Source of the DNA: Bugula neritina | Lineage: Eukaryota; Animalia; Bryozoa | Length of the DNA stretch: 64,000 nucleotides | Assembly (NCBI GenBank): GCA_964035545.1 | Contig: OZ037768.1 | Coordinates: forward strand, 21,001,700-21,065,699 | Direction: 5' to 3' | Part shown: piece by piece, positions 26,801 through 41,829 of the stretch | How positions within the stretch are numbered: the stretch's first letter is position 1 | Layout of the letters: each line of letters opens with the position of its first letter | Position numbers and translations under genes: made by a program | The notes under the pieces: generated by a model | What the model saw: only the letters and a program-made list of their open reading frames with translations | Databases searched by the model: none | Told to the model about the DNA's origin: nothing

Positions 26801-29800
26801 GAAATGAAATTGCCGGAGCAACTGGGCCCTGGAGTTTTGAATTAGGTTGTTCCACTAGCAGCATGGGATGGCTAATTCATATGGAATATACAATTTTTGG
26901 CATTAGAATTATTACTATATCTACTTCTATCTACTTGGATACAGTAATAATTTTACTGTCAGTTTTGGGTTCCTAAAAATAACAGCTGTATTGAAGGCTG
27001 TTGAATGAATTGATATGCAATATGTAATGAAGTTCACAAGTTTTTTCATATTTTCAGTTCAACAATACACAAGCTGCTCATACACTCTCTGTTGTCACTA
27101 CTAGCCACACCTTGTTAGTCCACATGTTTACATACCAATTATAACAGCAAGTCTAAAATTTCATAAAATCAATATGGATTGTTAGCAGTTCAAACTATTG
27201 CATTTCCTATGTGTAAAGCAGGCATCGCTGCCAAGTTCATGCTTCTACGTTATTAGTAGAAGCTTGTTTTGTGTACAACTTGGTGTGATTTAGTGCATGC
27301 TGGAGATGTATATTCAAATAGACAATAATATATTCTGAACAATTATTTCAAACAAAACAAACATTAAATCACTCCAATATTAGTCATCCAGTGCATTAGC
27401 TTCCTGTCCATTAACTCACTTAGTTTTTTACAAATCAAAACCTCAGATGTGGGGTTCGATTTTTCTTTCAATAAATACTCTGTGCTGATATTTGCTGCCA
27501 AAGTCAGTTTTCTGTATTCTTCATGTAAAGCTTTCTAGTATCTTAAGTTCTTCAGCGTTACTTGATTTTTTAAAATATTGGTTTCATGCTGTCATTTGAC
27601 AATTAACTTAGTTGTACAGAATTTGAGGGGCTAATTTAAGCAGATCTTTGCAAATTCCAAAATATCGTATATGGGTCCTTAGAGTTCAACCACTTTCCCA
27701 TCCATGGAAGGGTGGGTCAACTAATCTCCAAAATTACCTGTCAAAATAGACTGAGATGATCAACACTAAATGTTTAATTTTTGTTTTACCAATTAGAAGC
27801 TGAATCCTATGAAATCAAGGTTAGACTTAAGCACCTCCTGACGCCTTAAACTGGCAGAGTTATAAAATGATTAAGAAAATAGTGTGGCCTATACTAGTAT
27901 TTGTGTATACAAAACCTTTTCAAAGTGATTTATGGCGTGCAATAAAGTATGCTCATTATTCCCTTTTTTCAACCGGCTTGTTATGTTTTCTCCTCAGGCG
28001 TAAAACAAGTTACACAACGTCTGGGCGAAGTAATTGCTAGGGCTTGAAACAATTGGCTTTAAATAGTTACGAAATATGACTGTTGGAAATTTTAGGGAAT
28101 GTACGGATTTTGGTTCAAAGTTGAATTGCAGCTTTAGAAGGAGTTGTACCGACAATTAAATTTTGCAATTTTAAATTTAAATAGTGATAAATATAATTCG
28201 TAGCCATTACCAGCAGATAAAAAACAACAGGGGGGGGGGGGCTAATTTAATTTTGGTAAATGATTTTGATATCCATGCCCAGCTTCCCTTCTTTAGATTT
28301 TAGATGCTAAGTTAAGACTGATAAATAAATTGAACTTTTAAATTATGTCACCTAATGTAATGGTGTGTAACTGATTCAATCTAACCACCATAGTTGCAAA
28401 GGCCACATTTTCTCCATTTCTTGATTGTGTGGGTGAACAGGGTTATGTTCTATCTTTTTCTTTCCATTGTGTTTAACTTCTTTGATGACTAAGACTTGAT
28501 GGTAAAATAGTTTGACGATCTATATAAATGTTAGAAACTTGAGACGGTATAGGCTGTTAAGGCATGGAGTTTGACAGGCTATAACTCGTTCGCTTTTTCA
28601 ATTTAACCAGAGGCCATTATTGTAAACAATAATTGAAGCAGATTGATTGACGGTTCAATGGGGGCTCACTTTACTATTGTGATTATATATTCAAGTTTTT
28701 TTTTGTTAGAAGGAGCTTGAACTTTGGTTTAGACTGTGTAGTCTGAATAGGGCAATCAATTCATTAGTTTATCCCATTATTGCTTTTTTTCTACGCATCC
28801 TTATCGATATCTCACGTTTCAACTAGTACAGGTCCTACCTTCCCAATGCCGCATTGCCTTGCTGCGACAGTTTATTGGCCTGTCAACTGTGAAGTTTAAA
28901 AACCTTTAAATTCTGGAAAGTTCTCTGAGAAATGCAGTCGGTAAAACCTGCCACCTACGTATTTGTACCTGCGTTTTTTTCAGGAAGTTTTGTAAAGCTT
29001 GTATAGCTAACATATTATAGGAGCAAATAAAAGCTATCTTCTAGACTACCAGCTATTGGCTTATTGACTGCTTAGCCTATCCAGAGAAACTGTTTAACTG
29101 TTTTAAGCTTTGCCGGTATTGCACCGGTGTCTTAAGAGTGAGCGAACTTTTGCCAAAGACGATAAGTTGAATGATCAAGCTGCTAGTTCACGTAATTGAT
29201 TATCAGTTTTTTAATGTTGAAAAGCAAACATTCAGCCTGCATTTTCGTCCAACATACATTCAAGGGTTTGAAATTGCGTAGTAAGCTAATATCATCAGAT
29301 CCTGTTCGACAGTAGTTAAAGTTTGCTGTGATGCAGACTATATTCCGCAAGTGAACAGCTCTAACTCATGAGGCCTTTAATATAATGCTTATGTTAAAAA
29401 TGACGATTTTAAAACTCAGAAGCAACAAAATTTAATCTTCAGCTATAGCTAAAACTGGTAATGATGAAGAAAGCTGAAATAATTAGCAATTTGAGTCTTT
29501 TTAGGAACTGGGATTTATTATTCAAAACTGTTATCAAAGGATGCTTTGATGATAATAGATAATACAGGTTTTATTTGATGCAAATAAAATTATGTAAGAT
29601 AGAGTTTGAATGTATTATGGTATTCATTATTTCTATTTGGTAAAGTTGGTATTGTCAGAGCCCATATTGGTAAAATGACAATAATTAGTGTTTTGTTTAT
29701 AATTTTAGATGTCTCTAAAGGAGACCCAGGGTCTTCACAGCAAGTATAGAACTGGTTTAGCTAAACACATTGAGAATATAATATCAACCTTGCCACCTGA

Positions 29801-29849
29801 CCTTAGCTCAGTTCTTGTCAATTTGAGACCCAGTGAGGCTGGCTCCTAA
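14870..29849 (+). CDS. DENND6: DENN domain-containing protein 6 (FAM116 family Rab GEF); 17 coding exons: 14870-15076, 16023-16061, 16369-16411, 17111-17232, 17926-18006, 18285-18390, 18479-18627, 18952-19068, 19265-19326, 19442-19537, 19913-20061, 20566-20630, 22694-22783, 23159-23212, 23669-23772, 24638-24815, 29709-29849
   Basis: Conserved motifs in order: [138 protein letters not shown]. All introns are GT-AG and in phase. Confidence 0.95.
19533..19704 (+). repeat. 18-bp minisatellite (TCAGTATATGTTACTTAC, ~9 copies) starting at the DENND6 exon 10 donor
   Basis: The first unit is the real junction tcagc|gtatgttac. The array appears as (LLTQYM)n in the ORF track. Confidence 0.9.
20343..20582 (+). 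repeat. 34-bp minisatellite (~7 copies), each copy containing the DENND6 exon 12 acceptor TTGTAG
   Basis: Unit tatactatgtattatactgtatgttgtaggtgta. AG ends at 20361, 20395, 20429, 20463, 20497, 20531 and 20565. Confidence 0.9.
23764..23895 (+). repeat. ~19-22-bp minisatellite (~7 copies) repeating the DENND6 exon 15 donor TATATAG|GTCAGT
   Basis: actatataggtcagtactagttatataggttagtgttcattatataggtcagtgcta... Confidence 0.85.
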
Positions 29850-30812
29850 GACTTCCCAGAAGCTTGGCATGACTCATTCGCTGTATATTCAAGTCTACAT
29901 TTTCTCAGCTTTTCATTCTTACCAAGTCTCATGTTATTTCTATGAACATTTTGTATTAAATTGTTGATAAAAATTTAGTCTACGCATTTAGCATGTGCAA
30001 ATACAAATTTGTAGTCGCGACTTAGAAAGTATCTCTTTTATACTTTTGTAATGAAACATTAGGGAATTGTATAGCTTTTAAATAATTTTAATTTATTATG
30101 ATTCAACTAGTAATACTCAAAAGCTGACTTAGATTTAGTGAAGATTTGACGTAATTCATTGTTTGTGCTGTAAATTATGCTAACTGTCAAACACAATAAT
30201 TAGTAAAACTGGAAGAAGTATCTTTTACTATCTTGCCAAGAATTAATAAACATTTGCATATAGTAACTGTGCCGGTATCATTTCAATGTATATATCACGT
30301 TTCAAGCATTACAACGCATCCAATATAAACATGTAAAGTTGGTATTCCTCTAAGATTTTGTACGAGCATCAAGTATAACACTCAACACTTTTCTAGCCAA
30401 TTACGTGGGTTACTTTTCACTTAACTAGATATCTTGGGTTACCTATTAGTCAACTAGCTACAGATTCTACTAAATGGTTATTGATCTTCTTTAGCAAATT
30501 TATTACTTATCTACCAGCTAGCTTCACTGTGCAGCTTGAATTTAGCAGGTGATTTTAGGGCGGGTTTGATAGAGTTCAGTATTTATAGTATAAAGACTAT
30601 TATTCTTTCAACGTTTGTCTTTTGATTGGCTGTTGTTTTGTTACCATTGTTCCATCTATTTGTCCTCAAAGCTTTATTCTTCAGTCAAGTGTAACTGAAT
30701 ACCAATTTGCACTTATCACTCGAGCAGTCATAGTCGGCATATTTGCTTAGCGGCCAGGTTTAAACTGGACTATTACTTTAGAGTGGGATAGTGTCTACAC
30801 AACTGTGAGAAA

Positions 30813-33264
30813 ATGTCTTTTACTACCAAATCTTTCCTTCTGATTATCATTTCTTCTGCAATATTCAATTTGGGTAAGTATTATACTAAAGTTAGTGTTA
30901 GTATTACTATTATGCTATTCTTAGTCTATGATTAGTTGATATTTCAACACATAGCAAAACTTTTCATCGCCTGAACTTCACCTTTCTACGATTTTAGCCC
31001 TACATTCTCCTCTTTCAACAGAAGTACAGGCAAATAATCTTCTGATTTTATGTTTCTTTATATATTTGGGTTATTTGCCATTTATTTATAAGTAGCTGAT
31101 ATATATTACAGCGTAAGTTGTAGTCTATCAAGATTACTTTTTTGCTATAACTGTTACTTCCAAGTATTCATTCAACTGAATTGGTGTAATATCCCATCTA
31201 GTTAGATAAAAGTTTGAAGTGTTGGCTTACATTTTTACCTGTATAACTTGTTGATACATTAAGGGTTTCAATATGGCCTTCTTAGATTATGTACTTAGCT
31301 TCAACTGTAATTTATTACAAAATACAAGTTCACCATTGAATAGCATAGTTATGGTGGAGTTGGGTTTACAGATGTAAGGTGTATTTCTGGTTACATTTAT
31401 ATGGCTAATTATAGGTATTGTAAATTACTACTGAATACACTTCAGGGTAGAGAAATCTGCTCGATCATCAGCTAACAACTACTTTATGTTAGAATAATAG
31501 GTACTTATAAACTTGTCAATAGTGGGTTTGCATCTGTGTGGGCCACAAACCAGAAGATTATACCAATTACTATTCTCTAGCTACTGTATCACTCCCCTGC
31601 TAGCTGTAGGAACTGCTGCTATTATTAGTTGCTACTTAGTATGAGCTATTCTAGTAATTGTAGCTATTCCGTTACTTTCACACCCAGTAACAATGGTGAA
31701 CACTGGCTAGCTAAAATTTTAAAGATTCCTATGATTATTATTATGATTTTGATAATGGTTATCATTGCAGAGAAAATGTCGATGCTGGAATGTTTTCGGT
31801 TGTAATTCTTTGTACTCACTGTATACTATATAACTCATGCTGTAACTCTGCACTCACTGTATACTATATAACTGTGTGTAGCTGCTATACTGTAACTATG
31901 TTTAACTCACTATTAGTAGCATCTTTAAATTTATACTGCAATTTATTATTTGACTAACCCCATACTACTTTACATGCTATAACTGATTACTATAGTACTA
32001 TGTAACTAGTACTAGTTCACTCACAATAAATATAACTATCTATCTAGTACTACTGTAACACTGATGCCTATTTTTTCTAGAAACTACCGAAGCATCCCTA
32101 CATTTAACAGCTGAAGTTGATCAACTCAACTACAATGTAGGTGACGGTGCAACTTTTACCTGTACAATAAACAGCGACGAATTCATTGCGTTTGGACTCG
32201 AGATAGAATGGTGAGTGAACTACTGTAGTATACTAGATTAATCTGAGGATTAACTTAGATCCATTCCCCATTTGTATGTACTTTTTTGTACAGCTTATTA
32301 CAGTCCAGTTTGAGTGGTATTGCATTCTGAGAGATATTAGTTTTGGTAGTTGTCTCTCCTGAAATAAAAATTATTTCAAACAAATGCTCAAAGATTAAAC
32401 ATGAAAGTGAGTGTCTTCACAGTTAGTGCATGAAAGTGTGAGTGTTGCATCTCGTAAATTCTCTTTAGTAGGCAAACCAAATAGAAAATTCCTTTATTTT
32501 GAGTTAAAATTATTACTGAAAATATTGAAATTAAAGCCATAATATTCCATTTAACTCTCCATGACTGCTTAACGTTATTAGCTTTGCTCTGAAAATATGA
32601 ATGTGCAATTTTTTGTGCAAACATAAAAACACTCTTACAATAAATATAAAACTTCCGATGTGCTTCTTTTTGCTGCTCTGCTATCAATGATGATGTCATC
32701 ACTTTTAGAAAAATGTAGTTTTAGTTCTAAAAGCATTTATTATAATCAGTGGTACAGAGTATACCTTGTAATGAACTTATCACATTGCAGGTATTTGAAG
32801 TCTACTAGGACCTTGTAACTTGTCTCTATATGAACAAGACACTGTTCAAATATTATCTTAGTTATAGTTGAATCTTGGGTATAGGTTTATCATGTTCACA
32901 CACACTTATACAGTAAATATACTGGTCTAGCTGCAGCTCTGTTGGCCCATAGAGCCCGGTCATTAACATTTTTTTTCTTGTTCAGTTATATACGTATTTT
33001 TTCTTTTACTTTTTGAGTAAGCATAGCAAAACGAATGCTGCATTTTAGAGCTGATTTGCAGCATGTTTTTCAAAGCAAAAGCTGGTCATTATAATTTGAA
33101 ACTGTAACAAAATTCACAGCTCAGCATCGTTTCATAGTTAAAAGAAGATAACTTAGTAAGATTTTATTACCATGAATAATCTTGACTCAACTTACATTAC
33201 CCCGATGAGTCACAAGATTTGTAGGTGAGGCATTTTAAATCAATGTCACAGTCACTTTAACCTA

Positions 33265-33348
<84 letters not shown>

Positions 33349-36300
33349 CTTGTAAAGTAAGAACTAGTCTACTACATACTACAATACTTAACTATACAAA
33401 GCTAGAAATATGATATAAGAACAACAATTAACCGCTATTTGCCTGAACAATCAACATTAAAGAAACACATTCAATAACAGCTCTAAAAATTCTTTTCTAT
33501 TGTTCAACTAAAACGAAAGTAAGCTGATGCTTTCTACAGTTATTTATTGGCTTGCAGTCTCTTAAATGACTTCTAATAAAGCATTTATTGTTAACTCTAC
33601 GAAATTAAAATTTCACTCTGGTATAAATTTAAAATTCAACTATTGATAAAAAGCATATGTAAGGCCTGAAATACCTTGTATTAGTAGATAATGTAGGTGC
33701 TGTAGAGAGCTAGTGGTAGTGGTCATTGTTTAAACATGTCATCTAAATTCTGAAGGATTGACTTTGCTGTGTAAATATGCCAATGCATTAGTTCTCACAT
33801 TTTTCAAGGTCTACGCATTATTACCTATAACATGTGAACATTGTGTATATATGTGTAGTGAGTCAACCTTTAATATGCAGCATGACACATATTATAAGCA
33901 ATATAATTTGCAAAGTTGTGCTGGTCTTTGTATTGCTGGCAAGTAAATTAGATATTACATCATAGGTAGGTTCCCTGTTATCAGCATTCTACCCGGTATA
34001 ACAGACTATCACATGCTAAGTAAACATTAACCTGGCTGTGAATTTACTGCCACTGTTTAGTTCACGCATACCAGTAGCTTACACACAAGTATGATGTACC
34101 TCTAAATATAACACTTCTAGATAATATTATCACAATGGGAGATAATTTGTGTATTTTGAACAGGCATTGTTGCCCCTTTACCTTTGTCACTGGTTCACAA
34201 TACTATGTATTATGTCATCTGAACCTTCATTAGTCACCTCTATTCATATATCACCTGACAGATATGTGGTTTCAAATAGCTTTCACTTTTAAGTTCTATA
34301 GTTTAATATATAGTTTAATATAGTCAAAAGTATCTAAATATAGCTAATATCTAAAGGGATATATTAATAGTGAACATATAAATATACCTGTAAAGTACCA
34401 AGCTTGAACTTATTATTGGTGCTAAAAGTTTATTGAGCCTGTTTATTGTTTTCACTTTTTTGAATATTAAATATTGCCAAAAGTAGAAAAATAATATGCT
34501 TTTATGTCATCTGTAGAAGGAACTGATTTAGTGTCAAAAAATAGACTCATATACTTAAACTTAGTTATACTTCAGCTTGCAAAACCAGTTTCATTCATAT
34601 AGTTTCTAACTATGCTGATTCTCTGATACATGTAGGTTAAAACTTGGGCTAGAGAGTTTGAGGCCTAAAGCTTGTGGATTTCCTTAAAAAAATCTGATTA
34701 GAAACAAACCAATTGGACTCACTACATGACCAATGCATTTTACACCAAATCAGTTTCTTTCAACCAATATGTGTTAAATATATTTAATAATTGTAGGTAT
34801 AAGCAGCAAGATGATGAGTTTGTGTTAGTGGGAAGATACCAGAACACGATATTACCGCCATTTGAAGACACCAAATATATCCTTTCCGCTCCTTCTCATC
34901 CCCCCAGGACCAAAAAAATCTCCTTCATCCTACAAATAGCAAGTCTGTACTTCTTATAACATATTGCATGTTAAAATATAGTATTACTACAAATCTATGC
35001 TAATTTCCAATTGCGTTTTCGATATAGTCAACACTAAGTTTTCCTGTACATTGTAACGTTTAGAGTTTTTTCTCCTTCATGTAATTATAGTAGGTGCTCT
35101 TAATTTGAGGAACTGCAGCAATGTAGAGTTTTTTTACTAGCTGGTCATGACATATAAGTTTGAGAAATCTAGCATTGTAAATTATGCAATACTTTGTCTT
35201 GAATTGGATAGTAGAATAATGGGTCAAGATCATTTATTATATAATTTACTGCTGAACTATTTAATAGGATTCTTTAAGCTATACTTTTGATTTGTGTTCT
35301 TATATAATGTCCATTCACCAGGTTTGTATGCTACAATCCCCTGTAGTACACATGTGCTGCATAGACTACATGGTGTATATTATATGTTCTGCAGATGTCG
35401 AAGCTGTCGATGTCGGAGACTATAAATGTGCTTCCGGATATACTGGAGAGGCTAAGAATGACTCAAACACAGTAGAGCTCCTTGTGAACCCCGGTAAGCT
35501 AGAGTACCCACATCTGTACCCACAGTACTATACCCACAGCTGTACCTACAGCTGTGCCCACATTAGCACCCACAGCATTAGTACCCACTAATTTTAAAAT
35601 GGATGTGTTGCCATACAACTTAATAACGAGTTCTCAACTTATAAAAACAAACATTCAGTTCTTGACTCGACATTACTAACCCGACTTTTGTAACTACCTA
35701 TTTAAATAGTTGTAGATATTTTAAGCAAATTATGTAATAAAACAGTTGCTGATGGTCAAAAATTATTTAAACTTGTTTGTAATTGATGAGAAGAATATTG
35801 CAGCACCCTATTTTTACCCAATGAATTTAGTTTGTTGGTTCAAAAGAAGATAACCCATAATGCCCAATATTAATTTATAATAAAGTCATATCAGATCGTC
35901 AATAAAAATACTATATAAAGTATGTAAAGAAGTTAATGTTAAACATTTCGGGTGCATGTGAACATATTATATTTCTGTTAAATTATTGGGTGATTTTGAG
36001 AGTCTTATATTTTACAGTTCAGATTATTAACTACAGCTGACTTATTGGATTATCAATTCATTTAAATAAGTGCTGTAGTACCATCAATTCTAGAGTTTTA
36101 ATATAATAATTTATCTAAAATTATGTCTCATTATTTAGAATTTTATTGTTGGTAGATAAAGCTAATTGAAACTTTTGCCTTTCTAATTGATGGTAAAGTA
36201 TTGAAACTGTGATGAATATATTCTATGATTAATGAAAAGGCAGTATTAATTTTAATACACTATTTGACAGCCCGCAAATTGTATTTGTTTGATTTTTATG

Positions 36301-38738
36301 TTATTTAGATATGCAATCCACTAGCTTGGATTTAACCACAACAGCACCAAAAGTAGACGACTCCTACTTGTTTAACTCGTCGTACAGCATAATGTGCGAA
36401 GGAGTTGCCCCCTCTACTAGCACCACATTGGGTCTGACTGTTCGGACGCAAGACGTGAGTACTGGTTCACTTGTTTTTTTTTTATTGTATCTGCATTTTA
36501 TTTAAATGAATTTTCTTGTAAATTATTGTTTAATTACAAACTGTTATTAGTATTTTTACAATGATATGATTGCATGTCTCCAAATTATATAACTTATAAT
36601 TTTATTGAAGTTGTTTATTTTAGTTATATAACAATTGTATATGAATTTTTATCAAGCATTATGGTAACATTGTTTGTACATTTGACCTTGTTTCCTTGCT
36701 TTTACAGGATACTGAAATAACCCAAGACTTTGAACTCACAGTAAATAAGGAATGGGTGGGTAACGTGGAAGGACTGAAATCTCCACTAGTTACCTATAAA
36801 CTACAGGCTATGGATTGGAGCCTAGAAACATCGAAAAGTGATGAAATATTTTGTTATTTCCAAGATGGTGATAGGCTGCTGCATAGCAAATCTATTAAAG
36901 TTTATAAAATGGGTAGGTTTTAAGTTCACATATTCTAGATAAATAGTTACACATTGTAAAATAGCCTTTCCCTATTAACATTCATATGTAAATAATATTT
37001 TGACACTTATGGCTTTAAAATAACAACGTTTAAAAATGTTTCTGTTAAAATTTAGTGTATTTTTAATATTTTCTTAAGTAAAACACACACAAGCATGGAT
37101 TATGTTCCTTACTCATTCTTTAAATTTTAGATTGTTGCTAGATGTTTTTTCTAAGATCTTGCAAGAATTATTACACCAATTGCTCTGCATTTGCCATAAA
37201 GTTGACCAGTGATTAAAAGTATTTTGCAGTTGTTTTTTCTCTCAAAGAAACTGTGAAATGTTTAAATAAATTTACTAATTGCTAATTTACAGCATCTAAA
37301 CTGTCTGTAAAGCCATACAAATGCTCTATTCCCCCCCCCCCCGCATGTTTTTTCTTTTAACTTTTTTAAAATGTCAAAACTATGTTTACACTTACCAGAA
37401 TTTGTATAATTCTCTAAAATTGATTGCCCTTCATGTAGAAGATGAGCCTGTCATAAACTGCACCAGTAACTACAAGCAGCGAGCTGTCAAAGCAGACGAT
37501 GAGGATGTGTACATTACCTGCAGAGTGTATAAGTACACCGGATCTCTGGAGAATACAGAGCTTAGCTGGAACTTTGTTAACGAGGAGACAGGCCAGAACT
37601 CTACTCTGGTGGCTGGAGACTCTACTGACCCGCAGAGAATAGTTAAAGCCGTAAGTGTGAGCACACTTACCGGTCACTAGTTGCTAGTCATAAGTCATCA
37701 GTTATTAGTCAGCAGTTATTAGTCATCAGTTATGAGTTAACAGTTATTTGTTAACAGTAACTAGTCATCAGTCATAATTACTAATTAGTCATTATTCACT
37801 AGTGATTTATATAGTTATCATGAGTCACAACTCATAAGTGATCAGTTTTCAATGTTAGAATCAGTAATTATGGGAAGTGATAAATCGAGCATTTTAAAAA
37901 GCAAATGAAAATTAAAATAGAATTGTAAAAATGAAAAGAATTGTGTACATTTTCAACACGATGTATATTGCCAACCACTATTTGCATCTAATAAATATTG
38001 GCAGTAAGTATAGACTCAATGTTTTACTTTTAGAAAAATGGCGAATACATCCTGGTAATCCCTCGAGTTTCAGATCAAATGGTTTCAACGGGTAAAGTTT
38101 TCCCCTACACTGTGAAATTCTATACTATCAACGAGGACAAGAGTATCACAGATATAGCTTCTACCCAATATAACCTAATGCAAGATGGTAAGGGCATGTG
38201 TGATGTCTGTGTAACATGAGAAATGTTTCTGTTCGTTTATTCGATTGTTACACTTGTTGGGCTTGGTATTTTTGTTTCTAGAAGTAATACAATTCACTTA
38301 AGACCAATTTTAAAACCACTACTACACTATTGATTTATTACGCAGCAACATATTATATGCAGCTGGTATTATGCTTGAATCTCATTAAGTTCACTTATAT
38401 TTTGTCCCACAATTTACAGAAAACAAGCTGTATTTTTAAGCAAATATTTTATATTTTTGCAAATAACTTGTGAACTGCATTCTATAAAATTTTATTTTAC
38501 AATATGGACAAACTCAGAATACTTATACTGCATATACTTACTACTCTATGCCCATATATAGCAGTACTTATATTGTATAAAATACTCCCAAACTATGTAG
38601 AGTTGTCTACCCATCTATGTATATTTTATTTTTACAGGAACTAGACCTTATACAGGTAACCATGGAAACCGCTACTCAATTTCAGCTTGTCTTCAGGTTC
38701 TAATTCTAGCTGTTTTTATCTTCAACTTCCAAGTGTAA
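30813..38738 (+). CDS. Cell-surface immunoglobulin-superfamily protein, ~417 aa, three Ig-like domains, probable GPI anchor; exons 30813-30873, 32081-32210, 34797-34942, 35395-35493, 36309-36454, 36708-36912, 37439-37650, 38034-38187, 38638-38738
   Basis: Signal peptide MSFTTKSFLLIIISSAIFNL; V-type domain GDGATFTC...IEWYK...LQIANVEAVDVGDYKC; two further Ig-like units (SIMC...IFC; YITC...LSW); terminal hydrophobic tail ACLQVLILAVFIFNFQV* with no cytoplasmic part. Exon lengths sum to 1254 nt, in frame. Confidence 0.85.
33270..33345. repeat. (TA)n microsatellite
   Basis: Perfect TA run in intron 2 of the Ig gene. Confidence 0.95.
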
Positions 38739-41700
38739 CTTTAGACTATTTTACAAGACAATTAGACAGGAAACAGCATGTTTCATGTTATATAGGTAAA
38801 TTTAGACACTAATAGCAGCTACGCAGACTTTCTATCAACTAACACTATATGATACAGTGTATATAACAACTTTATGCGTTATATTAACATTTTCAAGACA
38901 TATAGGCATGCTTTAGCATTAAGTGCTGGTGTTTAATTCTTTAAATAAAGGACTGTAGGCTGTGTTTGTGTTGCTTCTAGTAAGTATAGAGTCTTGATAA
39001 TAAACCATATTAAGAACTGTTTGCATATTAGAATGTATTGCAATTCATTGTTTTTTCTCTTTGTTTACCAGTTAGTTGCTTCTGATATAAAACAGCAATT
39101 CTCTACGACAACCATAGATTATATAGATAATTCATTCAGGTTATTGTAAATTTATTACAAATAATTTAAAAACGTAATTGACATATATAATTTGTTTTAA
39201 TAACATTTGCTGACAATCTTCATGTAATGGAATTTTAGCTTTCTAAATGCAAAATAGTAGACATTGTGAAAAGTAGTTTACAATTCCAATATTTCACATT
39301 CTACAGAATGTATGCATAGATTTTTCAAAGTGAAAGTAGTTTAGCTTTAACTGAGTGATATGGTGTTATACAATCAATTCATATGTATTTTTAACTTTTG
39401 TTAAAGTTTGAGGTGATTTATTTTACAATTTTTAGTTTTACGTGAAGGATATTATTATTGTTTACATAAATTTAGACAAGTTGCATTAACAATGTATACT
39501 GTAAGTATTTCATCAATAAAGACAAAAAACTTTCTGCTGCCTTGTATTACAGCAGTAATATATTTTAGCTTTCTATTTGTGCATTTGAACTAACTTTTAG
39601 TCTAAATGAGTTCATAGATACGCAATATCTCAAACTCTACAATGAGTATAAGCCTAATTGAAACTGTAGACAACAAAAATTAATAAACACACATATAATC
39701 TCATGCATAATAAGTTTCAGAATGTAGAAACAAATATTATAAATGTTTTGAATTCTACTTTTTCATATAGTAACTGTGACAGCCAGACACCTAATGCTCA
39801 AGGAACAGATGCTTGCATGCAAGCTAACTCAAATTATTGCTTATTGTCAACAGTCTATACTCTATAATATTTCCATATACAAGAATATCATTCATAAAGT
39901 ATGAAAGATCTAGAAGTTAGGTTTACACTCAATAATAACAGGTAGTACTTAATGAACTTCTGATATAAAGAAAACAAAAAATAACATAACCTTCACATTT
40001 ATTTTGTGAATATGCTATGAGCAGCTTCAAACAAAGGGACAGCCATGAGAAAAGTGAGTACAACCAACTTTCTTCCGGCTCTTCGTTAACTGAATTGACT
40101 CAAGTCATAATAGAAAGGTAGTTAATTTAGTTAACAATCTATTGGCAAACCCATTTCACATAAAAAAATGTTTCACAAAAAGATGTTGTTGAGAAGCTTT
40201 CGCAAAAAGCTTTTATTTTAATCATTAAACCAACAAGCTGCTGTTACAGTATTCATAAAAGCTATTAACATATATTATTTACAATCAACATTATATTCTA
40301 GTTGTCTTTCTTAGGGAAGTTTGTTTTTGGTGTCTTTTTTAGGAAAGATTGCAATATTTGCCTTATTACTATAGAAGAATTGCCATATTTTCTCTAACAT
40401 GTCTACAGTGTCTATTGCTGATAGCTGCGTATCCTAACTTCTGCAAAATACGCAACGGGGTAAAAAGCAACTGTTATAACAATTTAACACAAAATAATAG
40501 TGGATATATAAGCAACTAATTCATCGTTAGTATATTTGTTATCTGCGTGTAAAACTATTTTCTAAATTATTACTTTAAAGTAAGCTGAAGTAAGTGAAAC
40601 AATCTGCAAAATGTATTTAACAGTAGAAGTAGATTTGAAACTAAATCATGAAGTGTGTTTTGTTACCTCACCTTCTCTGCTTAGTAGACTGTGATGTGAC
40701 TGAGCTATATGGCTGTGCTATTGTTTTACATATAACTAACAAACATTAGTTTACATTCTCCTGTGGTGCATGTGCCTAACATACCATATTGTAATAATCT
40801 CAATGTATTGCTATTGTCAATGTGTATTTTATATAACAATGCTCATGTGAAACAGAAAAGCAGTAAAATGTAAACAGAATTGTTAACTCAACATATAGAC
40901 GCAGCATATATGTAATCAATTTCCCAGCACAAGTTCCTATGTAACAACCGAGATGTTAGTAAAATATTACATAATTATACATTGTCTATAGGACTAGAAA
41001 TTTTGTATTTTGTATGTTAAACGGTTCTTTACAGCTGAATTATAACAATGTATTTTGCTTGTTTGTTTACAATTTTTATTATATATAATTTTCAACTACA
41101 ATCAAAGTACAAGCATATTACTTTCAGATATGTATTCTATACTCTTGTAGTTGTAGAAGTTAGATACACTGGGTCTACAAACAAGGTCCTTGACTTACAG
41201 CCATTCCAAATCTTTTTATATACAGTAGGACATTTTGTTCAGAAAAACAATTTATATGATCCCATTCACTCATTTCATGCTGTCAGTAAACATGGCTAGA
41301 TGCAACTGGTATTCAATAGAATATTTTGATCCCTGAAACAACTATCATGTGACACGTTTAACTGCAGAAATTTATGATAGGAGTTTGAATTGTATTTCAT
41401 GGGTTTTACTTTAACCTATAAGTTAATACTGAAATTATTAACTCTACTATTAATATTATTAGTATTAAATGTATTGCTTTATTCACAGTAAATATACCAT
41501 GTTACCGTGCAATATCTACTCTACAAAAAATTTAAATGCTGTGTATTCCTTGACCTGACATTAATATAATATCCTATAGCACCAAGTGCCATCTCTTAAG
41601 GTTAAAGGTCAGTGCGAAATTATTTTGTAGTGAAGTGTCGAAAGCACCACGTGTTGACTGTGTGAGGCAATGTTGCTAGAAGCAGCACTAAGCTATAGAT

Positions 41701-41829
41701 AACTGAGCACATTATTTGTAAACACGTCGGGGGGGGGGGGGGGGGTTTAAACTGCTTTTGAAACTTGAGTCAATGCACTTAGTGACCATCGACTTGGTGC
41801 TGCTTCAAACAATCTACAAGCTGCACGCT

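Noticed and set aside
27440-27470. GGTTCGAT T-loop-like motif
   Set aside because: No flanking stems, A-box or cloverleaf; not a tRNA.
41728-41745. Poly-G tract as a G-quadruplex promoter element
   Set aside because: A similar G run lies in an intron (~28229-28241) and a C run at ~37330, so there is no specific support for function.
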